The translations under genes were made by a program, and so were the position numbers. The notes beneath the pieces are model-generated. The model was not told where the DNA came from, did no database searches, and worked only from the letters and a program-made list of their open reading frames with translations. Positions 24,701 to 35,180 of a DNA stretch of 64,000 nucleotides are shown one piece after another. The stretch's first letter is position 1. Each line of letters opens with the position of its first letter. Source of the stretch: Phoronis australis (taxonomy: Eukaryota > Animalia > Phoronida); the NCBI GenBank assembly GCA_002633005.1, contig NMRA01000120.1, positions 253,056 through 317,055 of the forward strand. Direction: 5' to 3'.

Positions 24701-27700
24701 GCCCATGTTGCACTGAAGTGAACCACCGTCAAATGGCTGCAACCAAGAATACAGAATACGATAATAATGATAACAGTACAGAATGGGGTGAGGATAAAAA
24801 ACTGGTACCTTAAACCAAATATTTAAATATTCTGGACAGAAGCTTAATATGAAAAAGATGGAGTGTATATGCAGAGGGGTGATGGAATATAGTGATATTA
24901 AATTATGTGCCGAGAGAAATCTGATTTGGAAAAAAACATGTATTTCTGCACGAAGTTTAGTGTTGAAGACAAAAATCAAAAAAAATCTAGTTGGTCTCCG
25001 TTTATGGTTCATAAAAACTCTACTGGGTAAAATAACAATTCAAATAAGGCATTTACAATAAATCTGATTTTGTCAACATATTAGTTCTGTTACCATTCCT
25101 ATGGTAACACACAACATGATAAGGAAGTTAGAAAAAATGTAACAATTTTGCATGAGATGAAGAAATACATAAATTGGTTGGAAAACTTTTGTTCAACTTT
25201 TTTCTAAAAGATTATAAAATGGTCCATATTTACACCTTATATCAAGTTACTAAAAGTTTAATGGTTTTGCAAGATAACCCTATCCAGTGATGAATCGTGG
25301 TTGATTACTTTGTCTCAAAACATTTTTTTTCACTGCCCATCGCAATTATTTGTGCTTCGGCGATGCCGGGATATGGTGAAATAAAGCACGAGCTTCTTTT
25401 GGAAAGATATATTATGTAATCGTAATAAATTTCTAAGTATGTTTCCTGTCTGAAAAAAACATTTTCTTCATGAGGCACTGTGGTACACTCTAATCTTTTA
25501 TGGGTAAAAACACAAGCCGAAAAAACACTATTGTGTTAATCTACAATCTTTCAGACACAAGTAGTAAACTTATGAATGAGACATTTGTTTACATGGATTT
25601 TCTCCATCCTTCGCTTGAGTTCATTAGGAATGTATTTATATAAAAGCGAGGATGATTCCATTAAAAAAAATACTTTACCATATTTTTCCCACGCCATAGT
25701 GTCACCTAATGGTAATTTTTTCAAAGATTTTAACTTTCTTCTTTCTTCCACAAGCTTGCATATAATTTATAACAAGTTGCCAGAATTGGTTTCACTTTGT
25801 TACAGTATTTTATTAAGAACAATTGATCAGAATTTTTGTGCAAAATTTTGCTACTGCGAAGTTGTTATAATCTCACAAATAATCAAGCAAATGCGCAGAC
25901 CTGCACGTGTCATGAGCATACTGTTATCAAGTCAGCAGTCTTTTCTATGTTACAAATGCGCAGACCTGCACGTGTCATGAGCATACTGTTATCAAGTCAG
26001 CAGTCTTTTCTATGTTACAAATGCGCAGACCTGCACGTGTCATGAGCATACTGTTATCAAGTCAACAGTCTTTTCTATGTTACAAAAGAATAATGCAGTC
26101 AAGAGTATGATTCTTGTTTATGACCCAAAACACATTTTTTGGATTGAAGGTCAGACCAAAATTATAAAAAATACGTTGTCTTTGTCATTTTATTACAAAT
26201 CGTCGATTCTCCCTGCTGTCTGCCAGCCAATCGCTGATATCAAGGAGAGTTTCTTTACAATTTAGATATGCTTAAAACACTCCATTATTTACCGCCAGGG
26301 ATTTGGCTCAGTGGCAGGGCACTCAGCTGCTTCTATGGAGCGTGTGGTTTAGCTCAGCGGCAGGGCACTCAACTGCTTCTATGGAGCGCGTGGTTTAGCT
26401 CAGTGGCAGGGCACTCAACTGCTAAATTGGAGCGCGTGGTCTCAATTCTGCATTGCTGGTAACCTCTGTAATGTTGCTTTCCCTTAAGCAGATGTAACAG
26501 GCAAAGAGAGTGACGGTTGACTCCTAGAGTTTTGCATCACCATCCAGCCAACCACATGACATGTTGATATAAATTTCATGACGAGCAAAACTAACTGGAC
26601 AGTGTGAAATTTCGAAGTTGATAGAAAATTTACACGGATCTTTCCCAAACTGCATTTTGACAGCACTCTACATCCAGCTACAAGACTAAGCTAGCTGGAT
26701 GGCTAGGCAGAGGGCTAGCTCACAGGCTCTTGAGTCTATCTGTGCTTCGTATCCACCACTGCTACCAACACTGTGTAATAATGATGTAAAACCATAAAGG
26801 TTGGACACCAAAAATAAATTATATGACTGTTTATACTCAGAATTTCCTTCTCAAATATGAATGGAACACTACGAAATCTTTGAACCTCTTTTCTTCATTT
26901 GATCACAACAAATTGCCTTTGAGTAGTGACCAAACTCACTTATGTCTAGTTCAATGAAGGTATTTTGTGATGTCATGGCAGACAACCTTTGCATACATTC
27001 GGGTTTGTGACGGGCGCTCATGAAACAAATCCAAAAGTCAAGGTGTGTGAAACTCTTTTCTTGCACAAGTAAACAAATATTATGTCAGCGAATAGTGCTA
27101 CACAAACATTTGTGCCAAACTAACACAAAAATATATCTTTCCTGTGCTTTACTACTGAAAACAAATTACTGTCTGCACATGAATTACTGATTGATTTCAG
27201 TCACATTGCCGAATTGTTCTGAAACCCCCTCGACCCCCACACCCCTCGACCCATAACAAACGTGTGGACAGTGTGGGTTAGATCCTAAGTTGAGGAAAAC
27301 TTTTGTGGCCGCCATGTTAGACTGAATGGCAATTTTGAATTAAGATTTTTCCGTCATCAATTCATCACTCACAAGGACAGTTTAATGGGATCAACTACTG
27401 ATGTAACTGATGATCAAGGCCAATGTTATAAAAAATCCGGAGCTTTATGAACTACCAGTTTGTACGCAGACTTCATTTGGATTTGAAACAGTTTAAGTTC
27501 TGAGACCAGACTAGGCAAAGTTTCAGTGTCAACCTTTATGTGTCTAATATAGTTTATGAGACATTGGGAGATTCGTGTGCCTGTGGGTTAGGTTAGACTG
27601 TGGCTGTGCTAAGCCTGGAGCCGTGACGTGAAGCTGGCGTGCGTTCAGTAGACGCTAGGACCTAGCTAAAACCTAGTCAAAGTCACGTGCTCTCATTTAA

Positions 27701-27994
27701 AATGCACGGCAATATCTCACGTAATCTCGCGAAGTCTTGCATTTTAGCGAGGTCCTAGCGTTACTGAACGGGAGGATGGATTCGTCTTTTTTGTTGGCCT
27801 TCGACTCCCCGAAACTGGGTGACTCAGCAAATACTAATGACGTAAAACAACAGTAAAAAGACAAATTTTTCCAACGACTGCTTGAAAATGGGCTCAAAAA
27901 ATCATATGGATAACTATATCAAAACATACGTCCTTGAATCATCTAAAATCCTTTCAAAGTCTTCCAAACTCTCTGCCGACAGAAGTTTCGCCAT
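12668..27994 (-). CDS. GLRX3: Glutaredoxin-3 (PICOT; thioredoxin-like domain plus two monothiol CGFS glutaredoxin domains), 10 coding exons, 327 aa
   Basis: Exons 27994-27930, 24736-24622, 22802-22728, 21707-21594, 19933-19843, 19033-18944, 18240-18096, 17609-17499, 16566-16434, 12712-12668. All have GT-AG boundaries and compatible phases, and they sum to 984 nt. Motifs: [12 protein letters not shown] (Trx-like), [30 protein letters not shown], and two NWPTFPQLY...GGLDIVKE segments. Confidence 0.96.
13113..13354. mobile_element. MITE of the same family, 6-bp TSD
   Basis: CATGGCTTGGAAT...ATTCCAAGCCCTG TIRs; GTAATT on both sides. Confidence 0.75.
14058..16318 (-). mobile_element. Helentron/HINE element, copy B, with expanded internal tandem array (in GLRX3 intron 9)
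   Basis: Same ends as copy A (AACAAGAGC...ATGCACCCACA; ATGCGTCCACATATAAATATGTGGGCACAT). Internal ~145-bp subunits form a ~450-bp three-unit pattern, interrupted at ~14860-15445. Confidence 0.75.
16434..16566 (-). CDS. GLRX3: GLRX3 exon 9
   Basis: [45 protein letters not shown]; TTCAG acceptor, GTACTA donor. Confidence 0.95.
17499..17609 (-). CDS. GLRX3: GLRX3 exon 8
   Basis: [37 protein letters not shown]; TTGCAG acceptor, GTAAGT donor. Confidence 0.95.
18096..18240 (-). CDS. GLRX3: GLRX3 exon 7
   Basis: [48 protein letters not shown]; lies within ORF 18062..18259. Confidence 0.96.
18944..19033 (-). CDS. GLRX3: GLRX3 exon 6
   Basis: [30 protein letters not shown]; TACAG acceptor, GTAAGG donor. 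Confidence 0.95.
19383..19503. repeat. 34-bp tandem repeat x3.5
   Basis: AACAATAACATA(C/T)AGTACAAGACACAGGATATCA. Confidence 0.9.
19843..19933 (-). CDS. GLRX3: GLRX3 exon 5
   Basis: [30 protein letters not shown]; ATTCAG acceptor, GTATGT donor. Confidence 0.95.
20560..21735. repeat. ~590-bp tandem duplication split by a single N, duplicating GLRX3 exon 4
   Basis: 20560-21142 vs 21144-21735; N at 21143. Confidence 0.85.
21594..21707 (-). CDS. GLRX3: GLRX3 exon 4 (a duplicate lies at 21001-21114 in an assembly overlap)
   Basis: [38 protein letters not shown]; TTGCAG acceptor, GTGAGT donor. Confidence 0.9.
22728..22802 (-). CDS. GLRX3: GLRX3 exon 3
   Basis: [25 protein letters not shown]; TTTCAG acceptor, GTAATA donor. 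Confidence 0.95.
23549..24643. repeat. ~470-bp duplication adjoining a single N
   Basis: 23549-24022 vs 24170-24643; N at 24023; unique 146-bp segment between the copies. Confidence 0.85.
24622..24736 (-). CDS. GLRX3: GLRX3 exon 2
   Basis: [38 protein letters not shown]; TTGCAG acceptor, GTAAGA donor. Confidence 0.95.
25888..26085. repeat. 65-bp tandem repeat x3
   Basis: CAAATGCGCAGACCTGCACGTGTCATGAGCATACTGTTATCAAGTCAGCAGTCTTTTCTATGTTA. Confidence 0.92.
26300..26448 (+). repeat. Three tandem 46-bp units of a tRNA 5'-half (A-box)
   Basis: GGTTTAGCTCAG(C/T)GGCAGGGCACTCAACTGCTTCTATGGAGCGCGT x3, then a degenerate B-box GGTCTCAATTC. Confidence 0.7.
27930..27994 (-). CDS. GLRX3: GLRX3 exon 1
   Basis: ATG GCG AAA..., [21 protein letters not shown]; GTATGT donor, phase 2. 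Confidence 0.85.
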
Positions 27995-28116
27995 GCCCGA
28001 CAAATGCTTCCGGTGTGGTGATGTAGGGTGACACCTGGTGGCTGTTGGTTTCCACTTCAGTCAGCTGAGTGGCACTGAGAGCCAGACTGGGTCACTGTCA
28101 CGGAAAGAATCAGGAA
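27995..28116. promoter_or_regulatory. Putative compact bidirectional promoter between GLRX3 and the hyaluronidase-like gene
   Basis: 122 bp between divergent ATGs; ETS/GABP-type CTTCCGGT at 28007-28014. Confidence 0.6.
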
Positions 28117-28449
28117 ATGGGTTGCTTTCTACCTATTTATTCGTCAATAGTTGCATTTTTGCTTTCCGTAGCATGCCGTAAATGCATAATCACTGGCTGT
28201 TTGTTAAAAGTCAATGACACTTTGCACATTTCACTACCAAAAAGAGCATTTTTGACAGTCTGGAACTCCCCATCAGAACAGTGTTTGGCCAAGTTTGGAG
28301 TAAAACTGAATTTGTCCATGTTTGATATCATTGTGAATGATAAGCAGAAGTTCGTAGGAAGCCAAGTCACGATATTTTATGAAAATGAATTGGGTCATTA
28401 CCCTCGTATTCTGGAAAATGGGAGCCAAGTTTATGGAGGTGTGCCACAG
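28117..28449 (+). CDS. Hyaluronidase-like exon 1
   Basis: MGCFLPIYSSIVAFLLSVAC (signal peptide)...WNSPSEQC...GGVPQ; GTAAAT donor. Confidence 0.9.
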
Positions 28450-31400
28450 GTAAATGACTTTTGTTGTTGCTAGTAATACCAGCTAATATGTTATACAAGA
28501 TCTCTGATTCAGTAGCCTGAGAACCCTAGCTGCAATAGCCCAAAGAAAGTTGCTGAAATTGCATGCTCACCTAATTTAACCGAACTCGAATGTAACCTTC
28601 TGTTTGAATGTTAATAGCTGATCACTGTGCCAGATGACTGCCTATTTAGGCAACACTTTATGGCACCTGTCTTCCAGTTGTTACATTTATTGTATTACCA
28701 GCAGACCTTGGTGTGAATTATAATCAATTCAACTTAACCTGCATCAGGCTGTTAATTTGAAAGTAATAAAGCTCAGTGTCAATATCAATTTTGTGCCATT
28801 CTATATGTTACAAGCCACCTGTTTGTAAATCATGCTCTGGTGTTAAAATCTTCAACTTCCTTCATAAATCGCCAAAGTTTGAAACAATAGCAACATACTG
28901 TTAGTTCTTCTCAAATCCTGAGTAAATGAAAAAAATAATCGCAGGTGGTCTGATACAAGTACCAAGCGTTACTGCACATACCACTCAGGTGGGCCCATTA
29001 CATTGATCGCATGGAACGATTTTTATGCTTTGTTAAGATATAGTTGAAACCGAGCTGGGGAACTAGCACCCTAACTCAAGGGTCTAGCAGTGTGCCCCAT
29101 TGGGACTTGAAACCATGACCTTGAATACAGGAGGTAGATGACAAGGCCCTGACACCAGCCTCCTCCTGTGTAAGGGACAAATGGTGACATTCTGTGACAA
29201 AACATGCTTGATTCTGTGGCATTTTGTGGCCTTTTATAATTCCATAACAAAGTGTGAGAAATTTGCTGAGCCAAGTTGGCTGTAGTAGCGCTTTGTTGTA
29301 TTTAGTTTAAAGTAGTTTCTTTTTTCGCCAATTGTAAACTGGAATTCATCATTATCACTGAAAAAAAGTGTTGGCATATGTGACCAAGGCAAAGTTGATG
29401 CAACTTAATTATACAATACGAAGGAACACCAAAAAAGTTGTGACAATCGAGACTTTGATGTGTCATTTTGACAATTTGGACATGCAACAAATTGTGACTT
29501 GCCTGCATTACGCATGAATTCTTTCTAATGGGCCTAGTAAATGACCTAAATCAAAAGTTGAGTTTATTTGCCCCTTTAACCATTGCATTGGTGGTTATAG
29601 ACATTCTGGTTGGATCGGAAACAGTGATATCAAATACTGAGTAGAATTTCCACTTTCAGAATACTGATATATGGGGGCATATCCAGCAGACAAAGTGTGA
29701 TGTAAAGACCTACATTCCAGACAAGAAGTTTCAAGGGTTGGGCGTTATTGACTGGGAATCATGGCGACCTTTATGGGACAGAAACTTTGACAGCAAAAAA
29801 GTATACCAAGTGTTTTCAAAGCAGCTAATTGCTGGTCAGCACCCGGAATTCAATGAATCAACTATTACTGCTAAGGCAAGAGAAGCATTTGAGAATGGAT
29901 CAAGGTAATCATGCACCAACCATACCCGAAATTTTATTTTGGCTTTAGTTTCTCGAAACAATATTAAAGCACCGCCCATACAGTGCCATCTTTGAAAACC
30001 ATTGTATTGTCTTGGTTTGTGTATTGGATTGTTATTTAGCTCTGCATTTTCAGATTGGTTCTTTAATATGGCTAACCAGTATTCATAATTACATGCGATG
30101 AAAGACTGGATTGAATGGAGTTCATTGACCAGTTCAATGGGAACGTTCATCGTGATTTGTTCGAGTTTGAAATTGGCAATTTTGGCTCGAGCTAATTAGC
30201 ACTGTGTTAGCCTCTTAAAACCACTATTTAAAGTTGCATTTCCCTTGTTTAGCTGGCTCAAAACAAATATTGGTTCTTTTACTCAAAGTCTCGTAATTTT
30301 CCTTAACCTGAAAAGATTCCATTCCCGGTGTTACTAACGCGAGTCACAAGCAATGCATGCATGCCCCAGATTCTAATTTCAGGGTTGGCCAACCCCAATA
30401 AACACTGAAGCTTTTCCTTGAGTTGCTGATAATTTTGATGTTCATAATGGTAACAGTAAATAGAATACTATCGTGGTGATGAGTATTCGGAGACTGATTT
30501 TATGAGAGTGAAAGGCAATATTCCGATTCAATTTTTATTTTTAGCCAGCTTAACTGAAAAAATGCAGTCTTAACTTTTTCAGAGTAGTTTAAGTGAGCAT
30601 GAAAACATTGAAATTAACTTAAAGCTGCATTTTGCCCTGAATAGCTGAGCAAAACTAAAAAATCAAATTACACTCATAAAATCAGTCTCATAACATTCCA
30701 TACTGCGATAAAATTCAATTTCCATAAAATACGAACAAGAACACCGAAACCATCAACTTCTAATGAAAACGCTTCAGAGTTTATGGCCAACCCTAAAATT
30801 GTGAATTCAAAAGTGGCACGTGTACGCATTGTCTGTGACTTGAGTTGGTGGCACATTCTGCAGGAATTCAAGGTTGGATGGGCGTGGCAGTTTTAAAGCT
30901 CCAAAGCCAGGCACTCCAATTGAAAATTCAGCATTGGCTGCTAAACAGTGGAGAAATGCCACTATATGTTCTTGGGGTTGTTGTGCTGTTGTTTACTAAC
31001 ATTCTAATGGTTTTGTTTTTTCCCTTAGGATCTTCATGAATTCCACTTTGAAGACGGTCAGAACTTTGAGACCAGGAGGATATTGGGGGTTCTATGGTTT
31101 CCCGGCTTGCTACAACTTAAAAACTCCTGGGTACGAGTGTAGCCGAGAGGAAATGCAACAAAATGACCGGTAAGAGCACTGTCTATAACTTTCAAATTAC
31201 CGGTATTGAAATGATAAGCACTGTAGTTGAATATTTTCACCAGATTTACAACATCTTATTACGCAATGGTGGTGTTATAGTCAGCTGCTATAAGCCACAT
31301 TCTGGTGTTACATTCGGTTAAGTCTGATCAATTTGGACAAGAGTACTTGCCACACTTGACCTTTTTTCCTTTCTCAAAGGCTTCTAACATGGTTGTTAAT

Positions 31401-33480
31401 GACTGCAATATTGCACATATTGCACATATTGCAGATATTGCACCTATTGCAGATATTGCACCTATTGCAGATATTGCACCTATTGCAGATATTATTTCAC
31501 GATGATATTGCACCTATTGCAGATATCATTTCACGATAGCTATGGTACACAACTAGAGCAAGACAGAACATTAATTTGGTGCTACAGATAAAAAAATTAG
31601 ATTGTGTCCTAAGCTGTTGAGACTTTACCATACCCTCTACTTTCTTCACCTGACGTGTTTGGTTTTCCAAACAATGGTGCCTCAATGGTGGGATCAATTT
31701 ACAGGGCTGGGAATTTTCATCATTTAAGAGGATTTCCTCCTTTTGGTTACGATTTCATCTGATTTGATTTCCAGTTTCCTCTTTTTTATTTTGACTTTAC
31801 TTATGGAAAAGTGTTTCTTGCTGTTAAATTTACAACACAAAACAAATTTAGCACATAACCCTATTTATTTGTAGAAGAATACATCACCTGGAAAATTTTC
31901 CTCTTTTTTGTCATGACTTTGGAAAAATGCGGCTATTTGTCAATTGGTCCATCGGTCCACAAATCTATGAGTCAAATTGGAGGATGTGTGGGTCATGTTA
32001 GTATTTTCTATGGGGCAGCACTTAATGTGTGTTATTTTGTCTTCTACGAAATGCATATTAAGTTTACGGTTGAGATCTCAAGGAGTGGATACAATTCCAT
32101 AAATGTGCCTCTGAATTCCAGCCAAGACACCCACTCCAGTCCAGGACCAGCTGACATCAAACTCGCAGTACAAATCCCCTTATGGAATGCAACCTAACAT
32201 TACAGAATGCTTCGAAAACAAGAATTTTGTGATGTGTAGTCACAAATATTTCTCATTTATCGTGACACAACCAGGATATTTTATAACTTCCAAGTGTACC
32301 AAATGATATTTCGCAAAACAATTATTTGTTTGACATATTTTTTAGTTTTAAGTTTCAGCACTTTTAATCAATAAGTCTTAGAAATAACAAATCATTTATA
32401 AACAATTCTATAAAAAAGTGTAGTTTTCACATACAACTGTGAGTTACTGTGAGGTTGATATTTTCATAGTAAGCTACAACTAAATTTGTTGTGGATATGG
32501 ATGGTTGAGCTGTGTCTAAATACTGTTTTGATTTGTAGAAATATTGTTCATCGTGAGCCTTTTAGCTAAAGATTATCTTTGACTTTGATTCACAGGCTGA
32601 GGTGGATGTTCAACTCTAGTTCAGCATTATTTCCATCAATATATCTCATGTCAGAATTCATTGACAAGCAGTATGTGATCAATATCTTGAAAGAAAGTCA
32701 GCGTCTGTCTGATAGGAAGCCAATCTATCCCTACTCGAGGATCACGTATAAACGCACTCAGGAACCATACACCAAAGTAAGTGGGTTTTTGGATTTGCAA
32801 TCCATTTTCCATCAGGTTAGTATTGAAGTTCGGTGAAATTCACCATTTCTTTCACAAAAAACGATGCATTCCATGAAATTGTTTTTTTAAATTGTCTCGA
32901 AATTCATCATTTTTTTCTTCAAACACGATGCCTTCCACGAAATTGTTATCTTGTAAACTTTAAAATAAAAATTTTATTCTACTCTGAGACTCATTTCTAG
33001 GTGTGTCCTGTAAAGTTAATTTCAGGAAAAGTTTATTGTCTAATTACAATTAGTCTAGGTTAGTGCTTGCATAAAATGTAGTTTTAGTTGATTGATCATC
33101 ACTCACATCACATCTGTTTTAAGTGACATTTCATTTTTAATTTAAACAAGCTATTTCATTTGTTTTAGGGAGACCTGCTAAATACAGTTCTTGTATCGGC
33201 TGATATGGGGACCAAGGGCATTGTTCTCTGGGAGGCTTGGAGTACATTTCAAACTAGACAAGGCTGTGAAACAATAAGAAATTATCTAGACTCAGTGTTA
33301 GGGCCATTTGTGCAGTCTGTGACTACATTCTTCGAAGGATGTGCCGTCAGCTTGTGTAGTTCACATGGAAAATGTGTGAAAACTAAGCTGCCTGGAGAGG
33401 GCAGTTTGGATATAAAGAACTATAGATGTCAGTGTGATCAAGGATGGCATGGCACACACTGTGGTGCCAGGGTTGTGTAG
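28117..33480 (+). CDS. Hyaluronidase-like glycoside hydrolase family 56 protein, 5 exons, 403 aa, with signal peptide and C-terminal EGF-like domain
   Basis: Exons 28117-28449, 29660-29904, 31029-31169, 32596-32776, 33169-33480 are GT-AG with matching phases and total 1212 nt. GH56 motifs: WNSPSEQC, TIFY..LGHYP, GGVPQ, GLGVIDWESWRP (catalytic D-x-E), WGFYGFPACYN, SALFPSIY, GIVLW, CSSHGKC...CQCDQGWHGTHC. Confidence 0.95.
29660..29904 (+). CDS. Hyaluronidase-like exon 2 (catalytic IDWE)
   Basis: NTDIWGHIQQTKCDVKTYIPDKKFQGLGVIDWESWRPLWDRNF...AFENGS; TTTCAG acceptor, GTAATC donor. Confidence 0.95.
30380..30794. mobile_element. MITE with AGGGTTGGCCA TIR
   Basis: AGGGTTGGCCA...TGGCCAACCCT. The internal segment (GGTAAC...GAGAC.GAT...ATGAGAGT.AA) recurs at ~36780-36870, ~38270-38350 and ~50520-50680. 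Confidence 0.55.
31029..31169 (+). CDS. Hyaluronidase-like exon 3
   Basis: IFMNSTLKTVRTLRPGGYWGFYGFPACYN...QQND; CTTAG acceptor, GTAAGA donor. Confidence 0.95.
31405..31536. repeat. 9/18-bp minisatellite
   Basis: (ATATTGCAC/CTATTGCAG)n; explains the spurious IAPIAD and AIGAIS ORFs. Confidence 0.9.
31702..31915. mobile_element. MITE of the same family, inverted and degraded, in hyaluronidase intron 3
   Basis: CAGGGCTGGGAATTTTC start; AAGAGGATTTCCTC and CACCTGGAAAATTTTCCTCTTTT are reverse complements of the other copies. Confidence 0.6.
32596..32776 (+). CDS. Hyaluronidase-like exon 4
   Basis: LRWMFNSSSALFPSIY...EPYTK; CACAG acceptor, GTAAGT donor. Confidence 0.93.
33169..33480 (+). CDS. Hyaluronidase-like exon 5
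   Basis: GDLLNTVLVSADMGTKGIVLW...EGF-like domain...GARVV-TAG. Confidence 0.93.
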   Translation, partial: GDLLNTVLVSADMGTKGIVLWEAWSTFQTRQGCETIRNYLDSVLGPFVQSVTTFFEGCAVSLCSSHGKCVKTKLPGEGSLDIKNYRCQCDQGWHGTHCGARVV

Positions 33481-35120
33481 GCCTTCTGGCTTGAGTTCCG
33501 CATATGCAAAACTCTCACGGAGGAAGCTAGTATATTCATGTGATTTGATTATGATACCGGGCAATATCTCCCGAAGTTTTGCCTCATCTTGCGTTTTCTC
33601 GAGGTTCCAGCGTCTAGCAACTCACGCCCGTTGTGTCCCTCTAAATCGCTTGTGATGTATTTGGTTCATTCCATCTCTGTGGGGGTGATACCAAAGAGAG
33701 TCTAAGTGGATCATGTGAATAATGTCTGCTTTGTTATTCAGGATTACCTAATTATGTGGACCATTCCATTTTTGGAGGAGTCATTGAAAATAGACTCATT
33801 TCATGGCATTTTCAGAAGCAGATTTGTGGAAGAACCACCGTCATCATCAAGCCTGTTTGTCAGAAAGCTCATCTAAGGTCCTTTTGTATGGAGAAGAGTA
33901 ATTTTGGCATTTTCGATGACTTTGCAGTCATAAAAACGACACTAGCTAAAATAGATTGATATATCATGGACTAAAATTGGTAATTTTTTTAACTCTTTGG
34001 CTTCTGAAATTGAATTCCATGTGAAAAGTTAGGTTAGGATCATTTTTAGCCTGAAGGAATATGATAAAAATAAGCCAAAATATATGGCTTATGTTTCGGT
34101 TCTCTGGTACCCATTCGTGGAAAAAGCTCCATTATTTTGGTTTTAGTAACTCTTTGAACCGTGGTAGATAATTGGCCTGCGAGTACTCAGTGATGCCGGG
34201 CAAAAGTCCATGAGAACACTGCCAGAAAAATGGATGAGACTGATATCTGGATTCAGCCTCCATTTTTGGAAACCACTGTCTGGAGTTGAAACCAAACAAG
34301 GTGTTTTGCTAATATGGTGGTACCAGCTACACATCTATTTATTTTTTATTATTCCACTTCCAAGTGCTTTATATTATTCACAATAATTATTGAATGTGCA
34401 ATATTCAGAATATTTACTGCCAGCAGTTTTTGTTGCATTCTGATTTTGTTAATGGCATAGTTTGAATCGTGTCTGCGTTGTGCCAACCATTACTTTACAA
34501 GTGCACATCGGTTTTATGCTGGTAAAGGGATATTTCTTTCTTACTTAGGGTGTAAACAAGAAATTATGACATGGGCTGATTATTGTGTCAATATTTGTTA
34601 CTCTAGTTCTGTGTAAAAATTTTATTGGATTAAAAAAATGCAACTAACTGTTAGGAGATGATCAGATTTACAAGTTTTCATCGAGTTCTTAACCAAAGGC
34701 CTTAAGACTTTCACCTCTCACAACTAATCTTCTTTTTCTCAGCTTGGACAAACTCGACTTAGTTTGAACTTAGGAACACAAGATCTGGAATACGGCTCTG
34801 TGGATTTCTCTGAAACTTTCCAAACTCAATATTTATTCATCAATCTCAAAAATGCTTTTAGGATTTTCGATATAATACCCTAGTTTTTGTGTAATTTAAC
34901 AAAAATGAATAGGACTACTATTTTTTTGCAAAATAGCCCACTTCTAATGAGTTGATTTTCCATATAAATCAAACTGTAAGACTAATCAACAGCATTTTTG
35001 AGGTGATTGTTGAAGTTTTCATTGAAAAAGTTTCATCAAAATCGACCGAAGGGTTATTTTGGTAAAAATGTATATTTAAGTTTCTTAAAAATGAAATTTT
35101 GACTTTAAAAGATTTTAGCA

Positions 35121-35180
35121 AAACAACAACAAAAATAACAAGAACAACAACAAGAACAACAACAATAACAACAACAACAA
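35121..35180. repeat. (AAC)n microsatellite
   Basis: Imperfect AAC run. Confidence 0.85.

Noticed and set aside
31305-31697. Repetitive ORFs (IAPIAD / AIGAIS)
   Set aside because: These are translations of an intronic 9/18-bp minisatellite.
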